A stretch of DNA of 34,020 nt from Octopus bimaculoides (GCF_001194135.2 NC_068999.1:39344098-39378117), one strand, 5' to 3'. Positions 10,953 to 23,123 are shown, numbered from the stretch's first letter. Numbers and translations are program-made. Notes: generated by a model not told the origin, from the letters alone.

Positions 10953-10963
10953 GCTAATAATAA
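10838..10963. repeat. (TA)n-centred inverted repeat with a duplicated right arm
   Basis: tattagcttca (10838-10848) is the exact reverse complement of tgaagctaata (10901-10911 and 10949-10959). Confidence 0.9.
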
Positions 10964-11066
10964 AATGAAATATATATATATATACACACACACACGTATA
11001 TACGCGTCCGGATTTCTCATAGTTTATGTTTGATATGTTCTACTCAGATGGCATTCATGAATCATT

Positions 11067-11132
11067 GAAGTCTATTGTGCAAGACTGCCAAATATCCCGC
11101 ACAGTGGCACTTAATCCAGAAATACATGGCTA
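11067..11132 (-). mobile_element. Degenerate fragment of another tRNA-derived SINE family
   Basis: gtctattgtgcaagactgccaaatatcccgcacagtggcacttaatccagaaatacatgg resembles the reverse strand of a recalled octopus SINE head; not verifiable within the window. Confidence 0.3.
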
Positions 11133-11418
11133 CCAAGTGTATAGATAAGCAGAGTAAATGTATTATGGCATAAACTTGAACTATCCACATTAACAAAAGA
11201 CTTCTTTCATAGCAGCGTTGTACAAACTCTTGGTGTTAGTTAGACATCTTAAGGCTATTAACTAATTTAACGATGTATTCGAAACTTGCTCATTTCTATT
11301 ATTCACGTTTATATAAAGATATGAAGATAACATAACAACGTGGGGAATGAATTAAATCACGCTACTTACAATGATAAACACAAGCACGTAATCATATTTA
11401 CGCATACTTAAGTATATA

Positions 11419-11454
<36 letters not shown>

Positions 11455-11776
11455 TATATANNNNNNNNNNNNNNNNNNNNNNNNNNNNNNNNNNNNNNNN
11501 NNNNNNNNNNNNNNNNNNNNNNNNNNNNNNNNNNNNNNNNNNNNNNNNNNNNNNNNNNNNNNNNNNNNNNNNNNNNNNNNNNNNNNNNNNNNNNNNNNNN
11601 NNNNNNNNNNNNNNNNNNNNNNNNNNNNNNNNNNNNNNNNNNNNNNNNNNNNNNNNNNNNNNNNNNNNNNNNNNNNNNNNNNNNNNNNNNNNNNNNNNNN
11701 NNNNNNNNNNNNNNNNNNNNNNNNNNNNNNNNNNNNNNNNNNNNNNNNNNNNNNNNNNNNNNNNNNNNNNNNNNNN

Positions 11777-11865
11777 AGAGAGAGAGAGAGAGAGAGAGAG
11801 ATGTATATAGATAAATAGATAAAAACATATAGATAGATAGGTAGGTACATATAGATAGCTATATG

Positions 11866-11924
<59 letters not shown>

Positions 11925-11953
11925 GGATAGATAGATAGATAGATAGATAGATA
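11777..11953. repeat. (GA)n and (GATA)n microsatellites
   Basis: Seen directly after the gap. Confidence 0.93.
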
Positions 11954-12577
11954 GAGATATATAGTAATGTATGTGTGTGTGTGTGTGTATACACAAATCA
12001 GTTAGAGAGAAGATTAATGTAGATTTTGTTACGTTCGGTGCACACCTTACACGAACAGACCTAGCATAACGGGTAAGTGAGTAACACAAATGATGGATAT
12101 AATGAGATTCAAGCTGTCTCTTAGCTCTTCGCTTTCTCGGTGTCTTTCTCCGACCTACCAACATGCAATGGTTGGAATCGTGCCAAACCAATGTGGTTAT
12201 AGTTATTAATTATATGCAGCTGTATCCAAACTCCCACAATGTACTTCTATCTAGAATGCACAGAAGGCTAGTTGATGAATGTACTGAGAAGAAAGGAGAT
12301 AATCTCGTTAGATGGACATGAGAAATACCTGGCTTTTAACAAAGCTGAAAGAAACGATATATAAACTTATCTTAACGCCTGTTGGAAACGAGAAATCTCA
12401 ATAGGCGACGTTGTGTATGTAAACTGAATTTTCTGTATCCATTATATTATTATTAAGGGGCATTATGTATAACGTTTTGTATATAACGATGTTATATACA
12501 AATGCATCTATGAAATACGCCTTTCTTTGCCTATACGCGTCTTATGACATTGCTATCATTATTATCAACCAGGTAAC

Positions 12578-12792
12578 GCGGCGACCTGGTGCATTTCTTA
12601 GAGCGTCGTGCAAAAGGTTGTGCCTTATATTGTCCATATCATTGCGATTTGAGTTCAAATAGCACTAATATCTAATGTGCCTAAGGTTCTTTTGGGGATG
12701 ATAACGTGAGGGTTCAGTCGAGAATTTAGATTAATCTGATTGACAAACGGCTCCACTTAAATTATCTGGTCTTCAACCGACATTGGAGGCAA
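12578..12792 (+). mobile_element. Old, highly diverged SINE copy
   Basis: gcggcgacctgg..ttagagcgtcgtgcaaaagg..tgagttcaaat..ttttggggatgataa..ctggtctt follows the order of motifs in the 9785 family. Confidence 0.5.
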
Positions 12793-12810
12793 TTGTTTCC
12801 AATGAGATGT

Positions 12811-12978
12811 GGCGGCGAGCTGGCATAATCCGTAGAGTGTCGGACTAAGTACTTTGCAATATTTCGTCCACATCTTTACGATTTAAAATCAAATCAAGGC
12901 GAGTTTAATTTTTGTGGTCATCTACCAGGGTTTAAAAAGTGATGTGCAATCAAGGTCTGGGTTCGATGGTAATCGAGC
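12811..12978 (+). mobile_element. Diverged SINE copy
   Basis: ggcggcgagctggcataatccgtagagtgtcggactaagtactttgcaatatttcgtcc..tctttacg..ctgggttcgatggtaatcga aligns with the 9785 family. Confidence 0.68.
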
Positions 12979-14073
12979 TTCTCATCATCACATACGTCTA
13001 CGTGTCTGTATGTAAATGAGTCTAATATCGTGTAATATCGTATAATATTATTGGATATCGATTTACCTGGGCATCATGAATGATTCTTGCAAAAATAATA
13101 ATTTTGATGAGGCATCCTTTGAGAAAAGCAAAACAATTTTATCATCACAAACAGTATAAATTTCTGTAAAGCTCTACAAATTTATCCTTTCCGATGTGCT
13201 TAGGGAAATAAATGACTTTTCATTATTAATGACGATGTGACCGAATAAAATCTTAAATTTAGTAAAGTTCCTAATGACGGATTGTTTGTGGGGCAACAGC
13301 AAAGTGGGGTGACTATTACTGAATGTAGTAATATTTTTTTGTTATATGGAGGGAAGACGGAGGAGAAAGAGGTATTGGAAAAAAGAAGAAAAAGAAGAAA
13401 AGAAGATGATAATGATGAAAATGAAGGATTATAACAAAGATGATGAGGATTTTGACGAAGGCAATGATGATAAATTAGTCGGTAAAATGAATGCCTATGC
13501 AAGCGTTTAGCTCTTTGTATATTGTGTTATAGCTTCCGTCCTTTAACTTGTTGCATAGCAGATAGGTCAGCTATGTCAACATGGCCCAGCTCACTGCTCT
13601 CCTCTTAACGTTCACAGCATAATCTGAACTGACAAGTCAATGTTAATGGTTTATCGGTTAATTAAACAGATTATTCATAGCTGAGATGAGTAAAATAGGT
13701 AACTGTAGGATATAATTACAGTGCAACAGGGAAACGTAAAATATGTAAGTTTTAACTGAGCTTGTTAGAGATAGCAGCCAAAGTTTCATAAAGTTACACG
13801 CTACAGGAATCTGAAGTGGAAAGATGTGTTCGATAATGGAATCGATTGTTAATAATGTTTGGAAAAAAACTGATATTCATGGCTGAAAGAAACTTGATAC
13901 AAAAACAAATTGAAGCCTCGACTAGGATTGATTCGAAGTTGAACATGCGGAAACAGTAATGGCTGCAACAAACATCATAAAAAACATATAAAATATATCA
14001 AATATGATAAAAAAAAAAAAAAAAAGTACTATATAAAAATAAAAATATATAAAAAAATATTAACATCATAAAA

Positions 14074-14300
14074 ATTCTTTTCTACTCTAGGCACAAGGCC
14101 CGAAAATTTGGGAGAGGGGGCCAATCGATTAGATCGACTCCAGTACGCAACTGGTACTTAATTTATCCAACCCAAAAGGATGCAAGGCAACAAAGAAAAA
14201 AAAATAGACATCGGAGGAATATGAACTTAGAACGTAAAGACAGACGAAATACCGCTAAGCATTTCGCCTAGAGTACTAACGATTCTGCCATCTCGCCGCT
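14074..14300 (-). mobile_element. Full-length tRNA-derived SINE, antisense copy
   Basis: attcttttctactctaggcacaaggcccgaa..gtacgcaactggtacttaatttatc..agaacgtaaagacagacgaaataccgctaagcatttcgcc is the reverse complement of the 9785/10014 copies; has a short internal A-rich insertion. Confidence 0.92.
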
Positions 14301-16868
14301 TTTCATAAGGAAAATATTAAAGCGAAGGTAAATTTGCCTAAAGAAATCATGTGTTTGACAAAAGATTCCAATGTTAGTAAATCTATGTGTTTTCTTTAGT
14401 GGTAGTTGTGGGTTGAGCTATCGAAATCGTTTGAGCAACATAAAAAAATGACTTGCAAATCTTTGGGTGGGGTGTGCAAATCCTAGTGCTATCAGGGCTG
14501 TTTCCATTTTCATCCTCCGAGGGTTGTAAAATATAATACCAGTAAATACTGGATCCCATTTATATTTTGGTAATTCATCATATAGAAGAAGGAATTAATA
14601 AATCCCACGCTAACATAATCAGATTTTTGTGCAATCTTTGAGTGCAATGAATATGAGAGAGTCTGGGTATATTAATATTTGCTTTTGACTTTCGGAAATA
14701 ATGATATGATGTAGTGAATGCTGCCATGCACAATTTAAACTTTCACCGAACTGATTATAAGATAAGGCTTCAATTCATATTTTATGAACCTAATAGCTCT
14801 GGGAAAAGTATGGCACGTAATTATTGAAACTCATTCTTCTTATCGATTTGTATCTTTGAATTACTCACCTCTTATATTAGATATGAGATTGACTTGCTCT
14901 TAAAGGCGTATACTTGAATTGTATAATAATGAGATGAGAAAGTTCTGTTGTGCATGAAAAACATGTTGCTACGTAAATGCTAATACCCTCCATATACTGT
15001 ATGCCTTGTTTCGAATTTGTAGTTGCCTCCATTGCTTTTCTTCACGAAAATTATCATTAACAATAATGTTTCTTTCCGTGTGCAATTTTAATATATCAAA
15101 CATCTTTGAGGCTAACTGCAGAGAGTCTAACAGGGGCCGTTTAAAGCACATACTGGCTTCAGAGGTTTTCCTCTCACACATTTGCACGCATTACGAAATT
15201 CACAGATTATAAAATGTTTTCTAAATATCTTTTATAATCAAACATAACAGGAATTAATTTATTCTTTTCATCGATTCCTAAATTATGCATTTCTTGATAT
15301 AGTAACCGATTTAAACAAATAATGGCTAATACAAAGGTTCGCTTGTTAAATTTTTCCCTTAGGTCACGGTTACGTGAGGCGCGTAAAAGCCTATTTTTCA
15401 TCCTGAGAACAGTCAGTGATTTGCAGCCTCAGTGTCTGTTCCTTAAAGATAGAAAAGTCTTCTCCTGTACGTACAATGGATAAGTATGTTATTTACACGA
15501 CTAATAACACTGCAGTTCCCACGACTCAAATTGCTAAACCTGAGCGATAAAAATATCTTTTTCAGCCTATTGAACTTTGATATGGGAAACTCCTACAGAA
15601 AATTTGTACATATGTATTATACGTTGTTTCATCTAAGCGAATACACTCCTCTGGTCTAAAGAACATATTACTGTAAATACATCCTTAAAAATTAATACAC
15701 CAGCTATTAATATATTTAGTTTACTATTAATAAAAAGTGAATATTAAGAAGCGCTTATTTTCTTACTAAAATAGGAACACTTAATTTTTTACTTTATTAA
15801 TTTCTGAATAATGAAGAACTTTTGCAAAACCGCGTTTTAGGAAAAATAAGATTGTCTGCAGAATAGCTAGTACATACTTTCAAGAGTATCGCATCATCTT
15901 AAGAAATAAAATTCATGTATTTAGAAGTTTTAAGTTAAGAAATATCTTACCAATTCGTGTATTCGTGTATTGATACTGAAATGTATTGCTGCAATAGAGA
16001 TATATATCTGTTAATTACATGGAAACCCCACTGGAATGCCGTGCCAAAATCTACAGTGAAAACAGTCATAAAGATTCTCAGGATAAATTACTTCTTTCAT
16101 AATGTTTTGCTTGTAACACAATTCTTCTGCATTTAGTATCATCTTGAAGTATTTTTATGTTCTCGTCGGAATTTTATAGATGTATAAATGAATTTAAAGA
16201 TAATGTATTAAAACTACTATTTGAGTTTAAATGTACATTTTCGTTTATATAACATTACACTTTTTTTTCATGTTAATGACGTAAACCAAGGAATTTTCAG
16301 CTTTTGAAACAAAATGAAAAGCGAGCATGGCAGAGTGGTAGAGTTTCTTAACATTTAATCTTAAAACAAAAGATTATTTCTTCGGTACCTTGTCGCTTCC
16401 ACACGACTGTTGAATTTCCAGACACCAAGCTAAAGCAACGGAAACCCTGGGAATGTTGTTACCAGGCGCCATATTATAACATCGTAATCCGGTGAAGAGT
16501 TAAGAAGATGTTGACCCACAAAACAAAACGCGTTGAATTTTGCAAGTAGTATATTTAAGAAGGGCATGAGGATCATCACAAATCTGATGAAGCTGGAGTT
16601 AATATCTCTATTATATTTTAGATGCATTTACAATTACCTTTGAAAGAAGTTTCAGTTTCAAATAAGATTCTATTGTGCAGTAAATTGTGAAACAAGCACA
16701 ACTCTGAAGTATATACTGTGTTTAATGATTATTCCATGTCATCAGATAGGCAAATATACATGCACACACACACACATACACGAACACATGGATCGATGAT
16801 AGATATGTCGAAACAATTGTTGTGAGTAATAAAATTTCTCGTATCTTCCATCTTCCTTCACTCATTTA

Positions 16869-16975
<107 letters not shown>

Positions 16976-18672
16976 AATATATACGTGTGTGTATTACTTT
17001 ATAGTATTCCTCAATGATGGACATGTTCCGGATTATAAAATGAGTTATTTGTTCCGGTGCTAGAATTTATTGCTAGAATGAGATTGAATGTTTGGAAACA
17101 TGACTACACCGAACCCAGAAAATAAACTAATTCGCAAATTATTATCGCCAGGATTCTTTCAATATCAGCAAGACTTCAAACTACTCGCGCTACAACATCT
17201 TCGAAGATAAGAAGAATTAACCCGTGTTGCAAGATATCCACCATTACACATCTAGTAGGTGATCTTTAAATTACAGTGATAAAAGTATTTTACCTCTTGT
17301 GATGAAACAGCTTTGTAGCTAATGTGTAAACTATTCATACATTCAGTCTCTACCATAAACATTAATCTATCTGATACCGTTGCTACTTGACTTTACAACC
17401 AGATGCTCTTTCTTTGTGAACAGTTTGTGTAACAGAATATTTAACAACCGTTATACTTTAGAATCCCAAAAATTAGTTTAATTAATATTTCATTTTTAAC
17501 AACCATTAATTAATCATTTATACCACCATCCCGATTTCAGTTAAAGATATTTTGAATTTAGTGTTGATTGTCTTTTTTTGTTTTTTTTACCTAACTCTTT
17601 ACTTTTCCTTAACTATCTTTTTTACACCGAAAAAATACTCCAAAATTTTAGCTCTACCTGGAAGCTCCCTTTCGATGGCATCAATTAGTTTCAGTTTTAC
17701 TTTTTTTTATATCTCTATATTTGCTTTTACTCCAACACTTCTATTTGCCCATCATCGAAAAGATTCAAGATATCTAATTAGCTAATTATCTTTCAGTAGA
17801 ATGTTGTTAATTTTGTTGATGTTGACGTACTTTATCACCTCCTCTTTAATCCCATACATTTAATCAGAGTTTTATTTTACTTTGGCCTGTCTTGTTCTCC
17901 TCTTTCTCAACTTTTGTCTATATAATCACGCAACAGAGACAAAAGAAAATGTTTACCAGCTGTATTAGTGATTCGCCAAGGTAAAATCCATTTTTTTTTA
18001 CCAGACTTCTAGATATGTTTTCCGTATGCATTATGTTAATTCTTTCATGGAAGTTATGTTGCAATCCATTACACAGAATTTCTTTTATTAATTATGATGA
18101 TATGTTTGCGTTATTTCGAAGTACGTGCATATATACATACGTATATATATATATATATATAANNNNNNNNNNNNNNNNNNNNNNNNNNNNNNNNNNNNNN
18201 NNNNNNNNNNNNNNNNNNNNNNNNNNNNNNNNNNNNNNNNNNNNNNNNNNNNNNNNNNNNNNNNNNNNNNNNNNNNNNNNNNNNNNNNNNNNNNNNNNNN
18301 NNNNNNNNNNNNNNNNNNNNNNNNNNNNNNNNNNNNNNNNNNNNNNNNNNNNNNNNNNNNNNNNNNNNNNNNNNNNNNNNNNNNNNNNNNNNNNNNNNNN
18401 NNNNNNNNNNNNNNNNNNNNNNNNNNNNNNNNNNNNNNNNNNNNNNNNNNNNNNNNNNNNNNNNNNNNNNNNNNNNNNNNNNNNNNNNNNNNNNNNNNNN
18501 NNNNNNNNNNNNNNNNNNNNNNNNNNNNNNNNNNNNNNNNNNNNNNNNNNNNNNNNNNNNNNNNNNNNNNNNNNNNNNNNNNNNNNNNNNNNNNNNNNNN
18601 NNNNNNNNNNNNNNNNNNNNNNNNNNNNNNNNNNTATATATACACGCACATACATATATACACATACATACA

Positions 18673-19445
18673 CAGTCTGCGATGGATAAATTGTCGCCAT
18701 TTTATAATTTTAATTCTGTGCATCTGCATTGTTATTCTTTGATTTTGTCGACTACAGGGACAGTTGGGCACCATTTGGGAGTACAACAGTACCTTGATGC
18801 AATTCACACTGCTAGAAGTTTGGAAACGACATATCAGAGTAATTCGGTGTCGCTCTAAGGACAGTGTTTATGTACTGAGAGTGATAAAAATAAAACATCC
18901 AATCATGGTGTTTGGAGTGATCACTAGTGACGTTATGCCTCCATTCATCTTCCCACACGATTTCATACTCAACATGAAGACCTACATGAAGTTCCTTTTG
19001 AGAGTGCCTGCTGGAAGACTGTATGTCTGGCAAAAAGACTCTGCACTGTGTCACACAAGCAGGAGAACGCAGTCATGGCTGTCAGACAATTCCTGCAACC
19101 ACGTCACTCCTAACATCTGGCCACCTAATTCCCCAGGCTGCAACCCCCTTGATTATTGTGTGTGAGGCGCATTTGAGCGGGAGACCAACAAAATTCCTTG
19201 TAACAAAACATGAGCTGAAGACAAGGATTATAGCAGCATTCATCAGTCCAGAAGAGGTTCAGGAAATTCCAAAAGTCCTCCGAATGCCGTGGTTGAAGCC
19301 AATGGCAAATTTCTTGAATAAAATTACGCTTTAGCATTTCAAGATATTTTTTATGTAATCTTGGTAAAAATTTCTAATAAAATGAGATGTCAGTATTATT
19401 TTTATTTTTGCGTAATTTAGACGACAATATATTCACCGCACCCTA
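18673..19445 (+). mobile_element. Internally deleted Tc1/mariner (DD37D, maT-like) DNA transposon with both TIRs
   Basis: Left TIR cagtctgcgatggataaattgtcg (18673-18696) versus reverse complement of right TIR tagggtgcggtgaatatattgtcg (19422-19445): 18/24 identical; TA follows the right end; transposase motifs inside. Confidence 0.88.
18797..19321 (+). pseudogene. Tc1/mariner transposase remnant
   Basis: MQFTLLEVWKRH fused to KHPIMVFGVITS..VWQKDSALCHT..WPPNSPGCNPLDY; 37 residues between the second and third catalytic D; first D deleted; in-frame TGA at 19163-19165 and frameshifts before a terminal NGKFLE*. Confidence 0.88.
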
Positions 19446-19477
19446 TATCTACATCTATATCGATACCTATATTTGTC

Positions 19478-19620
19478 TGTCACTCCGTAGTTTACGACAA
19501 AGAGTGTTCCAGTTGACCTGATCAACGGAACAGCTTACTTGTGAGATTAACGTGCAAGTGGCTGAGCACTCGAAAGACACGCATACACCTTCACATACAT
19601 TAACCACTAAGCCATGAGTC

Positions 19621-19625
<5 letters not shown>
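19478..19625 (-). mobile_element. Internally deleted SINE of a second family (5' head joined to 3' end)
   Basis: Minus strand starts gtgaagactcatggcttagtggtta (A-box-like TGGCTTAGTGG) and then gtgctcagccacttgcacgttaat..gttccgttgatcaggtcaactggaac..acggagtgaca, matching a recalled octopus SINE end. Confidence 0.6.

Positions 19626-19688
<63 letters not shown>
19623..19688. repeat. (CA)n microsatellite
   Basis: About 33 perfect units. Confidence 0.97.
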
Positions 19689-19693
<5 letters not shown>

Positions 19694-20278
19694 ATATGCA
19701 TATATACCTGTCTCTCCGCATATTTCTCTATTCTTTACTCTTTAATTTTTCTCTCCTTCTATACAAAAATATCCTCATGTACACTATAGAAATGAATGGA
19801 GGAAAATAATTTAAAATTTAATAATCATTTCCTAAAATAATCTTGTATGGATGACATAGTAAGAAACTACAGAATGATAATGTTAATTACACGCTAATGA
19901 GTTACTGAAATAACTAGAGATAATTACGGACTGCTATTAATGTTGTAATATTAATGTTGTGATATTAACGAGTAATACATGTCCTGTTCTGACTTTCAAG
20001 GCACTCATATTGTTACAGTTGTTGCTGATGATGTTGTTTAACCCCAATTTGGGGGTTGAAGGAAAAGCTCTATAATTAAAAAATATTACTGATCTAAATG
20101 GCTTCATGTAATTCTATGATACGTGTATATATGCACATGCGATCGGATATTACTCCGCGCACCATTTTCTGTAGACAGTCGAATTCAGAGCAGCACTTAC
20201 GTGTTGCGAAAGCATGTGACAACAGGGGTATCGCGTTATGAAAGATTCAAGTTACCAATCTTATTTACTATAGACATG

Positions 20279-20310
<32 letters not shown>

Positions 20311-21376
20311 NNNNNNNNNNNNNNNNNNNNNNNNNNNNNNNNNNNNNNNNNNNNNNNNNNNNNNNNNNNNNNNNNNNNNNNNNNNNNNNNNNNNNNNNNN
20401 NNNNNNNNNNNNNNNNNNNNNNNNNNNNNNNNNNNNNNNNNNNNNNNNNNNNNNNNNNNNNNNNNNNNNNNNNNNNNNNNNNNNNNNNNNNNNNNNNNNN
20501 NNNNNNNNNNNNNNNNNNNNNNNNNNNNNNNNNNNNNNNNNNNNNNNNNNNNNNNNNNNNNNNNNNNNNNNNNNNNNNNNNNNNNNNNNNNNNNNNNNNN
20601 NNNNNNNNNNNNNNNNNNNNNNNNNNNNNNNNNNNNNNNNNNNNNNNNNNNNNNNNNNNNNNNNNNNNNNNNNNNNNNNNNNNNNNNNNNNNNNNNNNNN
20701 NNNNNNNNNNNNNNNNNNNNNNNNNNNNNNNNNNNNNNNNNNNNNNNNNNNNNNNNNNNNNNNNNNNNNNNNNNNNNNNNNNNNNNNNNNNNNNNNNNNN
20801 NNNNNNNNNNNNNNNNNNNNNNNNNNNNNNNNNNNNNNNNNNNNNNNNNNNNNNNNNNNNNNNNNNNNNNNNNNNNNNNNNNNNNNNNNNNNNNNNNNNN
20901 NNNNNNNNNNNNNNNNNNNNNNNNNNNNNNNNNNNNNNNNNNNNNNNNNNNNNNNNNNNNNNNNNNNNNNNNNNNNNNNNNNNNNNNNNNNNNNNNNNNN
21001 NNNNNNNNNNNNNNNNNNNNNNNNNNNNNNNNNNNNNNNNNNNNNNNNNNNNNNNNNNNNNNNNNNNNNNNNNTATAAATATATATATACACACATATAA
21101 ACATGCATTTTTATATAATTCTCTCTCTCCCTCTCTCTCTCTATATATTTGTACATATATGTCTGTGCGACAGTATGCGCATGTGTGTATGCGCGCGCCC
21201 GTTTATCGTGCGTGTGATTGGGTGCGTGTCTGCACCTGAGTGGAAGTGCATGTGTTAATAATATAAATAAATGTCACGCAACTGGAACGAAAATAAAATT
21301 TTCGTGTAAAGTCTCAATATTCATGAAAAACATTCAGACACACATACACACACCACGCACACACATACACACACAT

Positions 21377-21414
<38 letters not shown>

Positions 21415-21521
21415 GTATAGATAGTTAGATAAATAAATATACATATACGTATATATACACAAACACACATACGTATACACACATATAGTCATACATGCAC
21501 AGACGCACACACAGTCGAACA

Positions 21522-21552
<31 letters not shown>

Positions 21553-21704
21553 NNNNNNNNNNNNNNNNNNNNNNNNNNNNNNNNNNNNNNNNNNNNNNNN
21601 NNNNNNNNNNNNNNNNNNNNNNNNNNNNNNNNNNNNNNNNNNNNNNNNNNNNNNNNNNNNNNNNNNNNNNNNNNNNNNNNNNNNNNNNNNNNNNNNNNNN
21701 NNNN

Positions 21705-21810
21705 CTCGAAACGTCGAAGACTTTCCGTATTCCCGAGCGTCATACTAATATATACTTTTGTTATTTACACCACCTGTCCTCGTCTGTTGTTATTATTTGT
21801 ATATTCTCTC
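21705..21810 (+). mobile_element. Probable Penelope-like element terminal-repeat fragment, truncated by the gap
   Basis: Begins ctcgaaacgtcgaagactttccgtattcccgagcg; a CGAAACG motif is typical of PLE pseudo-LTRs and I recall similar octopus repeats. Not confirmed by search. Confidence 0.4.
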
Positions 21811-21811
21811 C

Positions 21812-21985
21812 TATATATATATGCATACATGTGTATATACATATATGCAAAGATGTTTATATATATATATATATACATACATTCATATATATATAAATAT
21901 ATATATACCCACATATATAGTTATGTATATATATATGTATGCATGCATATATATCTATATCTATATCTATATCTATCTATCTATC

Positions 21986-22062
<77 letters not shown>

Positions 22063-22145
22063 TCCCATATAACACATGAATTGTTATACTCACATATATA
22101 TTTGTGTGTGCATATATGTGTCTATGAATATGTGTGTGTGTGTGT

Positions 22146-22200
<55 letters not shown>
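21812..22200. repeat. Compound (TA)n/(TCTA)n/(TG)n microsatellite block
   Basis: Seen directly. Confidence 0.93.
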
Positions 22201-22201
<1 letters not shown>

Positions 22202-22530
22202 GTATACTTAAAAGCACGACTTCACAGTCGCTATGCTTCTGTATCTATCTACACCTACATTTGCTTCCATGTATTTAGAAAAAAGAAAACCAAGGGAAGA
22301 TAAAATGCATAATAAGTAAATTTTGGGTATTTACAACAGTTATTTTGAAGTAAACGTCATAAGTTAAATGGCGTCATTGATTTTGCAGAATGACCGGAAG
22401 ATAATTACCGTGTCACCTAAACTTCTACATATCAATAATTACCGGGTCTTAAACAAAGGTTGCTGAATTAGAAGAGAAGGATTAAATATATATATTTAAT
22501 TCTATTCCTAACTGTAAATAAATATACTTA

Positions 22531-22562
<32 letters not shown>

Positions 22563-22740
22563 CACATATATACATACACACATAAAAGCATACATACAAA
22601 CACACGTATTCATAGATAGAAATGTGTGTGTGCGTGTGTGTATGTGTGTGTGCGTGCATGTGTGTGTGTTCCTATACGTGATACCACGGCAAACATATTT
22701 CAGCAACTTTGATTATTTGCTTTCCTGAAAGGATGCTCAC

Positions 22741-22830
22741 CAAGTAATCTTTGATGATGAAACATGAGTAAATGCGAAAGTGCAAAAAAATTTTCGGTGA
22801 TCACAAGTACGTTCTCTTCAGCACCAATAC
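22741..22830 (-). CDS. Candidate 90-nt phase 1-1 exon (IGAEENVLVITENFFALSHLLMFHHQRLL)
   Basis: actgtcattaacAG acceptor, TTG|GTGAGC donor, open frame; only 38 nt from the upstream candidate exon, which is problematic. Confidence 0.18.
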
Positions 22831-22868
22831 CTGTTAATGACAGTATTTGATGTGACACCGTGGCTTAC

Positions 22869-22897
22869 CGATTAGGGAACAACATAACAACAAATAC
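22869..22897 (-). CDS. Candidate 29-nt exon (YLLLCCSLI, or UTR)
   Basis: Strong sites: tttttttgttgttttacAG|G and CG|GTAAGC. Confidence 0.35.
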
Positions 22898-23019
22898 CTG
22901 TAAAACAACAAAAAAATGACTAGTTTTCTGGTAAATACGTTCTATGATCTTTACATAGTTTTTTAGCCTGTGTCTTTTCCATTGAATGCGTGTTTCGTAA
23001 TTTGCATTCCCTCACTTAC

Positions 23020-23042
23020 AGGGTTTTCTTGTGTACGTTCCA
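23020..23042 (-). CDS. Candidate exon end (WNVHKKT) with consensus donor
   Basis: CCT|GTAAGT donor; 122-nt intron to 22897 is well formed; acceptor is weak and purine-rich, so it may be a first exon. Confidence 0.22.
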
Positions 23043-23092
23043 CTGTTCTCTCAAAGATTTATATACTTATATTGTCTTATATCTCTAAGTTT

Positions 23093-23123
<31 letters not shown>

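Noticed and set aside
13380-13480. Purine-rich stretch translatable to K/E/D-rich peptide
   Set aside because: Degenerate (GAA)n/(GAT)n simple repeat with stops; no splice signals.
14969-15401. Adjacent minus-strand ORFs of 64 and 72 aa
   Set aside because: Different frames, no recognisable motif, no convincing splice-site pair; lengths are within chance expectation.
16321-16350. gcgagcatggcagagtggtagag as a SINE or tRNA head
   Set aside because: Only an A-box-like word; no B box or SINE body follows.
18758-18839. Apparent exon with good acceptor (gattttgtcgactacAG) and GTAATT donor
   Set aside because: It lies inside the mariner element and corresponds to its 5' region and transposase start.
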